In this document: positions 13,108 through 24,449 of the stretch, one piece after another | Layout: every line of letters starts with the position of its first letter | Numbering within the stretch: the stretch's first letter is position 1 | Assembly (NCBI GenBank): GCA_002633005.1 | Contig: NMRA01000201.1 | Span: 75,139 to 139,138 of the forward strand | Origin: Phoronis australis | Taxonomy: Eukaryota > Animalia > Phoronida | Direction of reading: 5' to 3' | DNA length: 64,000 nucleotides | Notes under the pieces: generated by a model | Database searches by the model: none | The model's input: the letters and a program-made list of their open reading frames with translations, nothing else | Told to the model about the DNA's origin: nothing | Position numbers and translations under genes: made by a program

Positions 13108-14411
13108 CCACACAAACAGCAGGTTCGTCAACCATCAAGAAACGAATGCTGACACACATTGTTTCTGGGAAAATTGTGCAGAAATATCGTGTTTGAAATA
13201 CTACTGGAAGCTAATTCAGGATATCTGTTGGTCCAAAACGCTGTATTTGTTGATCACGACTGTAACTTTTGTTACAGGGATGACTCGTTCGACCGCATCC
13301 TGTTGTACGACTTTGTTCATCTCAATACTGCCAGAACAGAAAAACTTGCATGATACCTAGCATCCTGTAAATAGCCATCTTAAAGTGAAGACTGAAATCT
13401 TTGTGGATCGCTCGTTGTCACATCAACATTTACAAAGACAAGGTCAGTACAGACGACAACAATAAACCTGTTAGTTCTGTGGCAAAACTGGCCACCTGAA
13501 ATTGTCCAGTAAACATGGCAGACTAATAACCTATTTCACATGAGTGTAAGAAGACAGGCCACTAATCTAAAAACTTTGTGTGATGTCAAGGCATGCAGGT
13601 ACATAGTGCGGTCGAAACATACCTAGAAGTTGACCCAAAAATCTGTAATCGAACTGTGAGAAATGTTTTACTGTACTTTCCCCCTGAACCTGTGGCAAGT
13701 GTGCCAAGTTCTAATAAGAGTAAAGAACATGACAAAGACATTTCATAAGTCCTGTCTGATACTCNCCACACAAACAGCAGGTTCATCAACCATCAAGAAA
13801 CGAATGCTGACACACATTGTTTCTAGGAAAATTGTGCAGAAATATCGTGTTTGAAATACTACTGAGAGCTAATTCAGGATATCTGTTGGTCCAAAACGCT
13901 GTATTTGTTGACCACGACTGTAACTTTTGTTACAGGGATGACTCGTTCGACCGCATCCTGTTGTACGACTTTGTTCATCTCAATACTGCCGGAACAGAAA
14001 AACTTGCATGATACCTAGTATCCTGTAAATAGCCATCTTAAAGTGAAGACTGAAATCTTTGTGGATCGCTCGTTGTCACATCAACACTTACAAAGACAAG
14101 TTCAGTACAGACGACAACAATAAACCTGTTAGTTCTGCGGCAAAACTGGCCACCTGAAATTGTCCAGTAAACATGGCAGACTAATAACCTATTTCACATG
14201 AGTGTAAGAAGACAGGCCACTAATCTAAAAACTTTGTGTGATGTCAAGGCATGCAGGTACATAGTGCGGTCGAAACATACCTAGAAGTTGACCCAAAAAT
14301 CTGTAATCGAACTGTGAGAAATGTTTTACTGTACTTTCCCCCTGAACCTGTGGCAAGTGTGCCAAGAGTAAAGACCATGACAAAGACATTTCATATGTCC
14401 TGTCTGATACT
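13108..14411. repeat. ~650-bp tandem duplication across a single N (probable assembly/haplotype artefact)
   Basis: 13108-13764 is repeated from 13766 with SNPs and a small indel; N at 13765. Confidence 0.85.
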
Positions 14412-14509
14412 TGCTCATGTAACACTGATAATTTTGTATTTGGCTTAGACTCATTTGCTTGTAAACTTGACGATGTAGCTGAACTAGTTTGACATACAGT
14501 TTCTTGGAA

Positions 14510-14745
14510 AGACTAATCAGTAAGTTAGACAACTCTTTCCCGGCCTCGTAATTTAAAGTGTCTGACTATAGGATCGTTAGAGAAGACCGTCATATACACG
14601 GTGATGGCCTTTTAGCTCATGTTAGAAAGGATCTTGTCCATAGGTGTAGGGCTCATCTGGAAGACGTCAATGGTGGTGTGTAATGTTTTATTTTAGAGGC
14701 TTTGATAAAGAAAGAAGAGTGTTGGGTTGCATAAAAATCGTAGGC
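14510..14745 (+). mobile_element. LINE apurinic-like endonuclease fragment
   Basis: SKLDNSFPAS*FKVSDYRIVREDRHIHGDGLLAHVRKDLVHRCRAHLE resembles the APE motif ETKLD-SFP...GY...R-DR..GGG...YVR. Confidence 0.65.
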
Positions 14746-14828
14746 AGTTATCCGCTGTATAACTCGCACTGTCCGCTGTATAAAGTTACCCGACCATCAG
14801 ACCTCGGATAACTTTTATACAACTCGAA

Positions 14829-16650
14829 ATGAATGCACTGTATAGATTTCGACCAAGACAGCGGCAATTTGAGAGAGAACTTACTGATCCTCTGAACAAA
14901 TACACCAATGAAGAGCTCAGAGGGAAGTTTCGCTTTGGACAAGAAGCTATTCGTTTCATTTGTGGTATAGTGGATGAACATATCAAGCCTGCCACGAAGA
15001 GAAATTTCTCTGTGCCAACTTTAATTCAAGTGTTGGTGTGCCTAAGGTATCTTGCAACTGGCATCTTCATGAACGTTGTCGGTGACGCTTTCCACAGGCT
15101 GCTCAAGTCAACAGTCAGTCCAATTGTGTCACGCGTCATATCTGCAATAGTTCTACATTTGAATAGATTTGTAAGATTGCCTACAACGCTTCAGAGGCTG
15201 AATGAGATACAGGCCGGTTTCTACTGAATGGCTCGATTTCCCGGTATAACAGGTTGTGTTGATGGAACACAAGTTAAGATCACTGCACCGACTGAGAACG
15301 AACCCGACTTCGTAAACAGAAAGAACGATAGCATTCTCAACATAATGTTGATCTGCGATGAAAAAGGTATCGATAAACTTAGGCACCTTTATCAGTTATT
15401 TTTATCTGGGTTTGACAAATCTCGAGTCCTGCATTGCTTTCAAACTTGACCCATTCTTCCGGTACAAGACGCTGACCTATTATTAACAGATAAGGGGTTC
15501 CCGACGGGTGCTCACTGTTCGCGTACTTGTTATGTCTAATTGCCAACTTCTCAATTCACAGCTTGCAATCAAATTACAATTTAGATACCGTTATGTTACT
15601 TATGTCAAACACATCAATATTGCTGACATATTAAATTTGCTCTGTTTGTAATTATTCTAAGTCAAACCACAATGGCCGGGAACAAATTCATTGCTAACTT
15701 ATCCATGGGGCACTCCCAATTAGTCCTGTCAAACACAGGACGTAAACACAACATCGTATTTAGTTTAGTAGTGTTTTTACAACATTGCATTAACTGGTGT
15801 GTTTGCAGTGGTATCAGTAAAGGTATAGGCCTACGCAGAACATACGTGGTGCTTCGCAGAATGGAAACATAGATTTACCAATATCTGAGATGGTTTCTTT
15901 TCCTAAATACCAATTAAAGTTTCAAGCAAAAGTCCCCACCAAAGATTGCCTGCGGAAACATACACTGCTGCTGGTTGCGGTGTACTTGACTGTTTTTAGG
16001 ATACTACACCTACCCATTTATAAAGTGGACTCAGAAAAATTAACAACACATTTCAGTAGAGAGTAATTCTGTATGAAGACACCCCTAAATCCGCCTTATA
16101 TGCATGACTGCTGTTGACTAGAAATCCCTAACAGAATATTACCGGTACAAGTGGCAGTTATCAACATTTTTTCATTTTTGTAGGAGCTTTTACGGACATT
16201 TGTGCACGATGGCCTGGTTTCACCCATGATAGCTTTGTTTTTCGCACCTCAACCGTAAGAAAGTATTTCGACGACCAGCAGCCTTACAATGTTGGGCGAT
16301 AGCGGTTATGCATGTTCAGCTAACATGATGACTCCGTATCTCCATCCCAACACGAGAGGAGAGCGCTGATATAACATCAGCAACAAGTATACGTGGGCAT
16401 CCATTGAAAGAGCGATCGGCGTCTTGAAACGCCATTTTGCAATTGTTTATTAAATGGAAAGGTGAAGCTGGAGCCAATCAAAGCTGCTCATGTTTTGGCT
16501 TTTTGTGAAATTTTGCATAATCTAGCTAAATCTTTTAACGAGCCAGAAAAGGACGCACGAGACATCAACTAGCCCGAGCCTCTGCCCTATGCCGGCCCCG
16601 AGACAGGCAGAGGTGTGCGTGATTACTTCGCTCGCATGTTCTTCCCTTTA
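14829..16650 (+). pseudogene. PIF/Harbinger (HARBI1-like) DDE transposase pseudogene with one intron (15367-16183)
   Basis: FRFGQEAI...CLRYLATG...KSTVS, FPGITGCVDGTQVKI...FVNRKN, then after the intron ARWPGFTHDSFVF, LGDSGY, MTPY, IERAIGVLKRHF, CEILHN; in-frame stops and frameshifts. Confidence 0.88.
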
Positions 16651-16919
16651 ATCTAGAGTAGATTAACCAATTACAATTACGCTTGCACTGTGAACCGACA
16701 AAAGAGGTTCGAGAAAAGGTTCAAGAATGGACCACAAGAATGGTTATTCTAATGTTCCTAAATGGATAACCAAATCTCAAGAGGTAGTGACTGGCTGATA
16801 TCTACAAAAGAGTATTAGCGCCACAAAAATAACAAATATCTCAAATTTTTACCTTGTTGACTTTTTATCTTGTTATCTTTTTATCGCACTGTTGCTTATT
16901 GATCCTGTACTTCACCAAA

Positions 16920-17230
16920 GTTAAGAAAACCTTCAAGACCATCAGGGCAGATTTGTCAACTTCACATTTGAAGATCAATTTCACTCTTAAAGATGAGCAA
17001 AAAGATTGTTTACAGTCAATCACTGACCAACGCAATGTTGCAGCTGTGCTACCAACTGGATTTGGAAAAAGTCTGATATACCAACTCACTCCATTATGTG
17101 TTGCAGCATTCAACAATGAGGATTTCACAGAGACTAAAAAACATGCATTGGTGATTTCACCACTGAATAGCATAATGCTTGACCAGAATAATGAGTTGAT
17201 GGAAAAGTTCAGCATTGTTGGCGTGGTAAA
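16920..17230 (+). pseudogene. Intronless RecQ-like (superfamily 2) helicase N-terminal fragment, probably transposon-borne
   Basis: FTLKDEQKDCL...AVLPTGFGKSLIYQL...LVISPLNSIMLDQ (motifs 0, I and Ia); truncated after motif Ia. Confidence 0.75.
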
Positions 17231-18211
17231 TGTTAAATTAGTGTCAATATACCAGGTGCACTCCTGTTGTCAGAAAACAACACCGGTAATAGAAATGTGT
17301 CTGAGCCAGGCTTGCTCGCGCCAGTGAGCTTAGATGTAATATTGCAAAAGGACTGGCCCTTGTATTAAATAATAAATCCATCGATTAAAGTGTAGGTCAT
17401 AATGAGGTTCCTGAAGGTGTTGATCGAGTTTTATACCATGTTTAAGCTGCATCTTGGAACTAAATTCTCCTAAGGTGTGTGGAAGGAGATCGAGGCAGAA
17501 AGAGACTTTTTATTTAGCACAACAAAGGAGATAGGGGAGAATTTTGGTGGGGTTTTACCTGGGACAATTCCCAATTTCGTTACCTAAAGGCTTTGTAGTA
17601 GGTAGGAATGATATATAAAGCCATGTTTATCAGATTGGTTATATGACTCATCAAGACGCTCCTGTAGTACGGTAAAGGACTCCATATTGTGTAGACCTAT
17701 TTGTTATTATAAGTAGTTCCTTCTCTTCAACAAGCAGAAAACATGCTATAATTGTGATCGTTTCATAGGCTGACTTTATTAGGTTACAGGCAAGTTTAAA
17801 AATTATTTAAAAATCACAAAGGCTTGTGTTCAATTATTTTTTGCGGCCAAGGTACATTTGGGCAGACCGTATGTCACATAGGTCCTAGAGCATTCTCTCG
17901 CAGGTGACGTTTTAATGGATGAATTTATGAAATTTCTTTCAAATATCATAGTTTGGATCTAAAACTTTCATATTTAATTGTTAAAACTTTAAAAATACAT
18001 TTCAATGCTGAGCAGTATGGCCGTACCGTTTTGCGAGAGTGTTCCATTTTGTGAGAGAATGTTGAAGTTGATTCTTTGACGTCAATCTAGATCTAGCCAT
18101 TTTTGTTGCAGTCCTGCCATCGGCAACATTAAACGCTTTTCTTTATGACATTTTTTATGAACTTTGGTTTCATTTTCTCTGAAGCTAGTAAACGACGTCT
18201 GCAGTCTGCGC

Positions 18212-18543
18212 ATGTACTTTGTGTACGTCACTTCCGGAGCCTCATAACTAGAGAATTAGTTTAAGTGACACGCGATTGCACTCTTGTGTCACGTCAGTCA
18301 TTAAGGCATCCTCACATTTGTACATTACATTTATACACAAAAACCAGGTAAGTGCTGGTGAGTTCTTTTATACATCTATTTTCTGGCACATTCGTGTATT
18401 AGGCGTTATTATTTATTATCATTCATTGCTTATAGAGAGTTCACTTCACAGTATTTATATATTCATTTTGTATGTTTCAGACGGACATTCGTCTTGCTCA
18501 ATAAAGCATTATTAGAAATATCCGAGGGTTATTGTCTAATAAC
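18212..18543 (+). mobile_element. Probable solo or partial LTR
   Basis: Internal gtaagt...tttcag pair followed by AATAAA (about 18500), a layout common in Gypsy/BEL LTRs; boundaries uncertain. Confidence 0.35.
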
Positions 18544-18879
18544 GACGGGAAGAAATGGCGTAATTCAAAGCCAACGAAGCCGTTTTGGCAAAGACAATTT
18601 CCCAACCTACCTTCTGGCCGGCTGTTGTAAGCGATGGCAAAGTAATCTTAATTTTACTTAAGTATATACAATGAGACAGAATCGGTATAATTGGTTCAAA
18701 GGAAACTTTCAAATTTCGTTTTTTTACTGAACGTGTTTGGGATTGTCTTTTTATGCTGTTTAGCCTGAAAGCTCGGGCTGTCAACAATCAAGGCTGTTGA
18801 CGTCAAATCAAAGAAGGTTGACGTCTTCATTTTCAATTGAGGACTTCTCTGGCTGAGAGGCCTTAATAGAAAATCCCAG

Positions 18880-19350
18880 ACGCAATTTTGAGACAGTCAA
18901 AATCCAAAACCAAACAAGAAACCATCCAAACAAATGGGACAAAATTGGAACAATCATCGAGGTTCGTCAATTTGACCAGTACGTCATTCGTGTAGACAGC
19001 TCCAGCAAGTTAACCATCCGTAACCCAAAATTCCTGCGAATGTTCATACCCATACAGACCTCTCAGCGCCGCCACACCATACTTGATGACATACCGCATG
19101 CTCCACATCCCAAGGAACAGCGCCAAGCTTCAGATCCAGTGACATCACCACTCCATCCGGAACTAAACAAGATCAAGGAAACACCATCGCCTCCCACATC
19201 ACCAAAACCACCATGCATACAAGAAACTCCATCTGCAACAGAATCTCAAGCCAAACAACCACTACAACCGTCATCACTAGAGCCAGAGATGCTGCCACGA
19301 CGATCCACAAGAGTTCGGAAACACCCTGCGTGGCTCAATGACTTTGAAAC
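18880..19350 (+). mobile_element. Gypsy integrase C-terminal fragment
   Basis: VKIQNQTRNHPNKWDKIGTIIEVRQFDQYVIRVDSSSKLTIRNPKFLR, a Pro-rich linker, then PRRSTRVRKHPAWLNDF. Confidence 0.8.
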
Positions 19351-19863
19351 ATATTACATTATTAAGATCAGTTCCAACAAACGAACTATGCATTGCGCAT
19401 GTGCGAGTTACTTCCTGTGCATAGGTTCCTGGGATAGCTAGTGGTCAGGCATGTCATGAGCAGGCAGGATAGTGTGTGTATTTGCAGTGATTTGCAAACT
19501 GAAAACCATGAGNCTAAACAAGATTAAGGAAACACCATCGCCTCCCACATCACCAATGCCTCCATGCATACAAGAAACTCCATCCGCAACAGAACCTCAA
19601 GCCAAACAACCACTACAACCATCATCACTAGAGCCAGAGATGCTGCCACGACGATCCACGAGTGTTCGGAAACACCCTGCGTGGCTCAATGACTTTGAAA
19701 CATATTACATTATTAAGATCAGTTCCAACAAACGAACTATGCATTGCGCATGTGCGAGTTACTTCCTGTGCATAGGTTCCTGGGATAGCTAGTGGTCAGG
19801 CATGTCATGAGCGGGCAGGATAGTGTGTGTATTTGCAGTGATTTGCAAACTGAAAACCATGAG
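19163..19863. repeat. ~350-bp tandem duplication across a single N (probable assembly/haplotype artefact)
   Basis: 19163-19512 is repeated at 19514-19863; N at 19513. Confidence 0.85.
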
Positions 19864-20849
19864 TTCCTCTATTCTAGGAGCACACATTCGGAGCCTTTCG
19901 AAGTTTGTACGGTTCCAGTGCTGAAGAGTTGGCTTCAATGTCGAGTGTGTATGTCCCTGGTTTGAAGCGAGCGGATTTGATTGAAAGTTTAGTATGTGTA
20001 CTTATTACTTCAATAGTACAAGGATGACAGCAGCATAAGTTACGAGTATAAAACTGTGTATAAATTATTTTTTACAATAATTTCCAATGAAATTTTGTGA
20101 GATTTAACATTTTTCATCAGATTGCAGCCACGCAGATGTTTCTTATTGACTGATAAAACTGACCACAATTTCCGATAGACTTAGTCTCATTTGCAGCACC
20201 GACAACATGACAATATGGCGACTTTTGCTGAACCGATAGCCATGTTCAACTTGGTGAAGACTAAATATTGATACATTAATGATGGAAACTGCAGCTACAA
20301 AAAGCAACTTTGTACCAATTTTCACTTTTTTGTTCGAACATTTAAGGAATATTCTAGTTATTTTGCTGTTGACCTAACATAGTTGATTAACTTTCCCGCT
20401 TTACACAGAGACCCATTACCATGCAAGGTTATTTAACTAAGTTGACGCAATATAGAATTGAGATAGTGTGGGTTTAGTTTGGGTAAATTGGTCCATAGGC
20501 ATGTTTTTCTGAAATGATCTCGGGCCTGACAAGGTTTGCTTATACATGTACTCAGAGGCGAAGCAAGGACATTTGACAATTGGGCCAATAAAATCCAAAA
20601 TAAACATGAAAATGCTTGAATCGCCATTATATGTTAAAATTAATATGTGGTATGCTTTGTTGAATTCCTGGTATCTTATCGACATGCTTGTAATATTTGC
20701 TTTTGTTTAACAGGTGCTACCACTATTTCAACAATAAAGAAAAATACAACCACATCATCAACCTGGATGAACGTCGTGCAACGCGACTTCAAAGCAGAGT
20801 CCTCCACAGCCGCTCCACAGTAGACAAGAGTGGGTGTACATCGTCATTA

Positions 20850-21310
20850 CTTGTGCTGCCACTGACGTTCACCCACGGGTCAGTTTATCGCCATCTGGGA
20901 GATAAAACAGAGAAACACAGCCAAGATGGATACACAATGCAATGGTGCGGTAAGATGGAGAAGTTACTCTTGAAAGAGGGGGAAACCACACAGTTCAAAG
21001 CTGTTGTTGGAGCCAGCTATTCCTCCAAAAGTATGTTGCTGGTGAAGTGACTGGTGGTGGGCTTATTGACGCCAAGTGTAAATGTGTTGCAGGCATAAAT
21101 GGAAAATGCAAACATGTCGGAGCAGTGCTGTACCGCCTGCTAGATTACATCGACAGTGCGGAGTTGACCATACTAGAAGACACTGCCTGCACGTCTGAGG
21201 CAAGGGCCTGAGGCCTGAAGAAAAGTGCACTGAAAGTGTCAGAAAAGTTTTCTGACTTAATATTTGTGAAGAAGATTCAGGAAAAACAGTACACAGGGAG
21301 AAAGAACGAC
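20850..21310 (+). pseudogene. SWIM zinc-finger protein fragment (DNA-transposon type)
   Basis: LPLTFTHGSVYRHL...FKAVVGASY, a frameshift, then IDAKCKCVAGINGKCKHVGAVLY...ACTS (CxC...CxH SWIM signature). Confidence 0.75.
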
Positions 21311-21389
21311 TTTCATCGTAATGGCTCAAAATTTTCTCGTGCCTGTATCGCCAACATTCTGGCCAACCGGACTGCAACTTCATCTCTAA

Positions 21390-21940
21390 AGTTCAAACAG
21401 TTTCTCAGATTGCTAGAAGACTACTTTGTGTTAACCACCTTTCAAATCAACAGAAAAACATGCTATGGAATTGTGATCATTTTTGGGACCTATGGCTATT
21501 GCCTAATTGGATGCCTACCCTGATGGCAAAAGTTATAAATCAGCCGACACTGCATATCCAGCTTATGTGGCTGTGATCAAGGAGATTTTCGGCAGACCAG
21601 TAAATCGCTAAGGGTTCATTTTGATTTTGACAACAAATCTCAGTTACCCAGTGAGTCTGTCTCGGAATTTCTTCAAGAACTCTGCTCATTATGACTTAAA
21701 AGGAAACCCAGATTACTTTCTTGCTATCAGCTTTGTTCAGTTTGTGTGGTCTACACAGTGTCAACAAGCATTTGACGCACTGAAAGCCATGCTGTAACAG
21801 AACCTAGAACTACACCTTTCCGATCCTGCATGCGACATTATCCTCTCTACTGACACATCTGATGCTGGCCATGGTGCTGTACTGTCGCAAATTCAAAACA
21901 GAATGGAGGTACCCATTCTAATTGGCAGCAAGATGATGGA
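21390..21940 (+). mobile_element. Gypsy gag remnant fused to an RT-connection/RNase H fragment
   Basis: ESVSEFLQEL (gag-like); FVWSTQCQQAFDALKAML...IILSTDTSDAGHGAVLSQIQNRMEVPI. Confidence 0.7.
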
Positions 21941-22109
21941 TGAGGGAAAATGATCCTACGCACTGACAATGTGCTTGCAGACTACTTAAAAGTCACTTCA
22001 CCAAGAAAACTGACGAGGTCGCGGGGGTTAACGACCCATCTGTCAAAGCCATCCTTACTAACGCGACTACGTAATGACAGGTTTTCACTCGAGAAGATGT
22101 TTTACAAAG

Positions 22110-22860
22110 TTTCTATCAGGAAAGAAGTCAGGGACTGCTTGAGTTCCTTGTATGACCCTCACAGTCTGCTTTTGTCACTTGTGCTACCAGCAAAGGTGTT
22201 ACTGCAAGATTTGTGCAAAGAGGAAAGTTGACTGGGACGAACCTTTGGCCGATGGTGACTTGGCTAATGGGAACAAGTGGTTGTCTGACTTGCCCAGAGT
22301 GGAAGACATTGCCATCCAAAGGTGTCTAAAACCTATTGATTTGTCTGCTGTTTGTGTTGACCTGCACTATTTTTCAGATGCCAGTGAAGTTACCTATGGT
22401 GTGGTCTGCTACATCCAATTTGAGAATGCTGACAGCCAAGTGTTCTGCAACCTGGTAGCAAGTAAGTCCCGTGTAGCCCCCGTCAATGGGATGACTATCC
22501 CCAAACTGGAGTTGACAGCTGCCACTTAAGTGGTAAGGTTGAACTCTATGATTGTTGCTGAGCTGAGGTATCATGTTAATCAAGTGCTTTACTGGACTGA
22601 CAGCCAAGCCGTTTTAAAGTGCATTGCCAATGAGCATACCAGGTTCAAGACTTTTGATGTCAATAGGCTGACCATAATTCACAAGGATTCGTCCGTGATT
22701 CGGTGGAATTTTGAGAGTGGACAGTTGAACCCTGCTGATATTGCATCCTGAGGTTTGTCTCCTAATACTCAAGTTAACCATTGGCCGAACAGTCCTTCGT
22801 TCCTTGAGGATTTGTCTGATATCCGTGATGGTGAGGTCAAGCTGTCTGGCAATACTGTTT
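22110..22860 (+). mobile_element. BEL/Pao retrotransposon pol fragment (Pao peptidase A17/RNase H region)
   Basis: SSLYDP...PAKVLLQDLC..VDWDEPL...LHYFSDASEVTYG...SKSRVAP..MTIPKLELTAA...YWTDSQAVL...NPADIAS. Confidence 0.9.
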
Positions 22861-23245
22861 AAGTCGACTGAGTAATGTAATTCTCTAGTTTGAATGCGGG
22901 TATCGTGTCGTCAGGATCTTTGACTTGAGAATTATATTCAGTTACCAGTGGTAACCTACTTTAGCAGACGATAATTTCCCGGTCGAAGCTTAGCGTGAAA
23001 AGAACGTGTTTTAAGCTATAATAGTTGGTAAACCTTAATTTATCAATTCAATTTATTTCTAAAATATTTAAGTTTTCAATTGGTTTTGAGTAAAAGCATT
23101 ATTTGACAAAAATAGCCGGGCTTTTCTTAAAAGGTTACGACCTCGGACCCCGGGCCTCTGACATAGAAAGTAGTTACAAAGCCGTGGAGAGTCAGAAAAG
23201 GTAAATCGATTCATTGCAATGTTTCTCGTTAAGTATGTGGTATAA

Positions 23246-23409
23246 ATAGATTATTACATGTTCTCAGCCATTATCCCCCTTATCTAGAGCCCTCGTGGAT
23301 TTTGGAGAATTATCACCCTCGGGGCTAACACCCCTCGGGTGATAATTCTCCAAAATCCACTCGGGCTCTAGATAACGGGGGATAACGACTTCGCCATGTA
23401 ATAATCTAT
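23246..23409. mobile_element. Fold-back (palindromic) MITE
   Basis: ATAGATTATTACATG...GTGGATTTTGGAGAATTATCACCC pairs with GGGTGATAATTCTCCAAAATCCAC...CATGTAATAATCTAT; TA-rich flanks. Confidence 0.8.
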
Positions 23410-23461
23410 ATGTAACTTGACCAACTCCGTACATTTTAACAAGCACATTTTTGTTTTTCAG

Positions 23462-23895
23462 AGTATTAGACCAGATAACCAAGTGAAGCCCATTCTGAGG
23501 TACGCTGATGAGGCTACCAAGAGTGCACCTTGCCGACATGGTATTGATACAGAAGAAGAAGCGAGGCATCTCTACTGTAGTCTGACGACACTGTTATAGT
23601 TGAGTTATGTGGACTTGTTGACGAGAATCGCCCATGACTTGGTGCTAGTGTAGATGGTGTTGTGCACCATGCAGGTGAAAGAGGTGTGTTAGAAATTAAA
23701 TGTCCGTATGTTGATGTAACTAGTGATACTGCCCTTGCTACACTGCAAGATTTGTGCAAGGCTAGGAGTGATTTTTACCTGGTGATGGGCGAGTCAGGGT
23801 TGGAAATAAACAAGCACCACAAGTATTCCTATCAGGTGCGGACACAGATGGCCGTTTTAAATTTAATGTGATGTGACTTTATGGCATATTATGCC
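23462..23895 (+). pseudogene. YqaJ/lambda-exonuclease-like nuclease fragment
   Basis: RHGIDTEEEARHLY...CGLV...P*LGASVDGVV...GVLEIKCPY...HKYSYQVRTQMAVLNLM*CDF; preceded by a splice acceptor. Confidence 0.85.
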
Positions 23896-24449
23896 TCACA
23901 GGTTTTTCCTGCGTCACACGCTACAGTTGTGGTAAAAGAACACTGTTTTTGGTGTATGCTGCTTAAGTCACTTCATAGCAAACTGTTGATCAAAAACATA
24001 TTTATTTCTGGACTTTTTGCTCATCTTGTGTATATGTTGAATAAATCATAAGCATCCCTTTTATTCTTAGCCTTGTCAAAGAAAGTAAAAAACCACTCCA
24101 ATTCAAACTTCATAAACCGATTCACCAAGCAAGGTGGGGACGTTTTATCAGAGACCTTAAGGATAGGTTTGTTTGTGGTCTTAAAAACGAGCACATTCAA
24201 AAGCGTTTGTTGTCCCGACTTGAACAATAGCATCAAGGCTACAGAAATAGCTGTGGCCATGTATAAGTGACCACAGCTCATAAATCAGCCAGGCCAAAGG
24301 ACACTGCAAATCCGGCACCGAAACCAGCAGCACAAGTCTCGCTGTTTCCCTTGTAGCCAATCGAATCATGCCATCAATTTCGTCGGATCTGAACACAAAC
24401 TACGAGAAGCACTCAATGCTGTTGATCAGAGCACCGCGAGTGATACGCT

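Noticed and set aside
12900-13200. KRQILLGNTLIAELK...IVSGKIVQKYR fragment as a DNA-transposase piece
   Set aside because: Reminiscent of transposon-derived proteins, but no catalytic motif is visible, so it was not called.
6921-19863. Three near-identical tandem duplications (6921-7567, 13108-14411, 19163-19863) as real segmental duplications
   Set aside because: Each junction is exactly one N and the copies differ by a few SNPs, typical of unmerged allelic contig overlaps.
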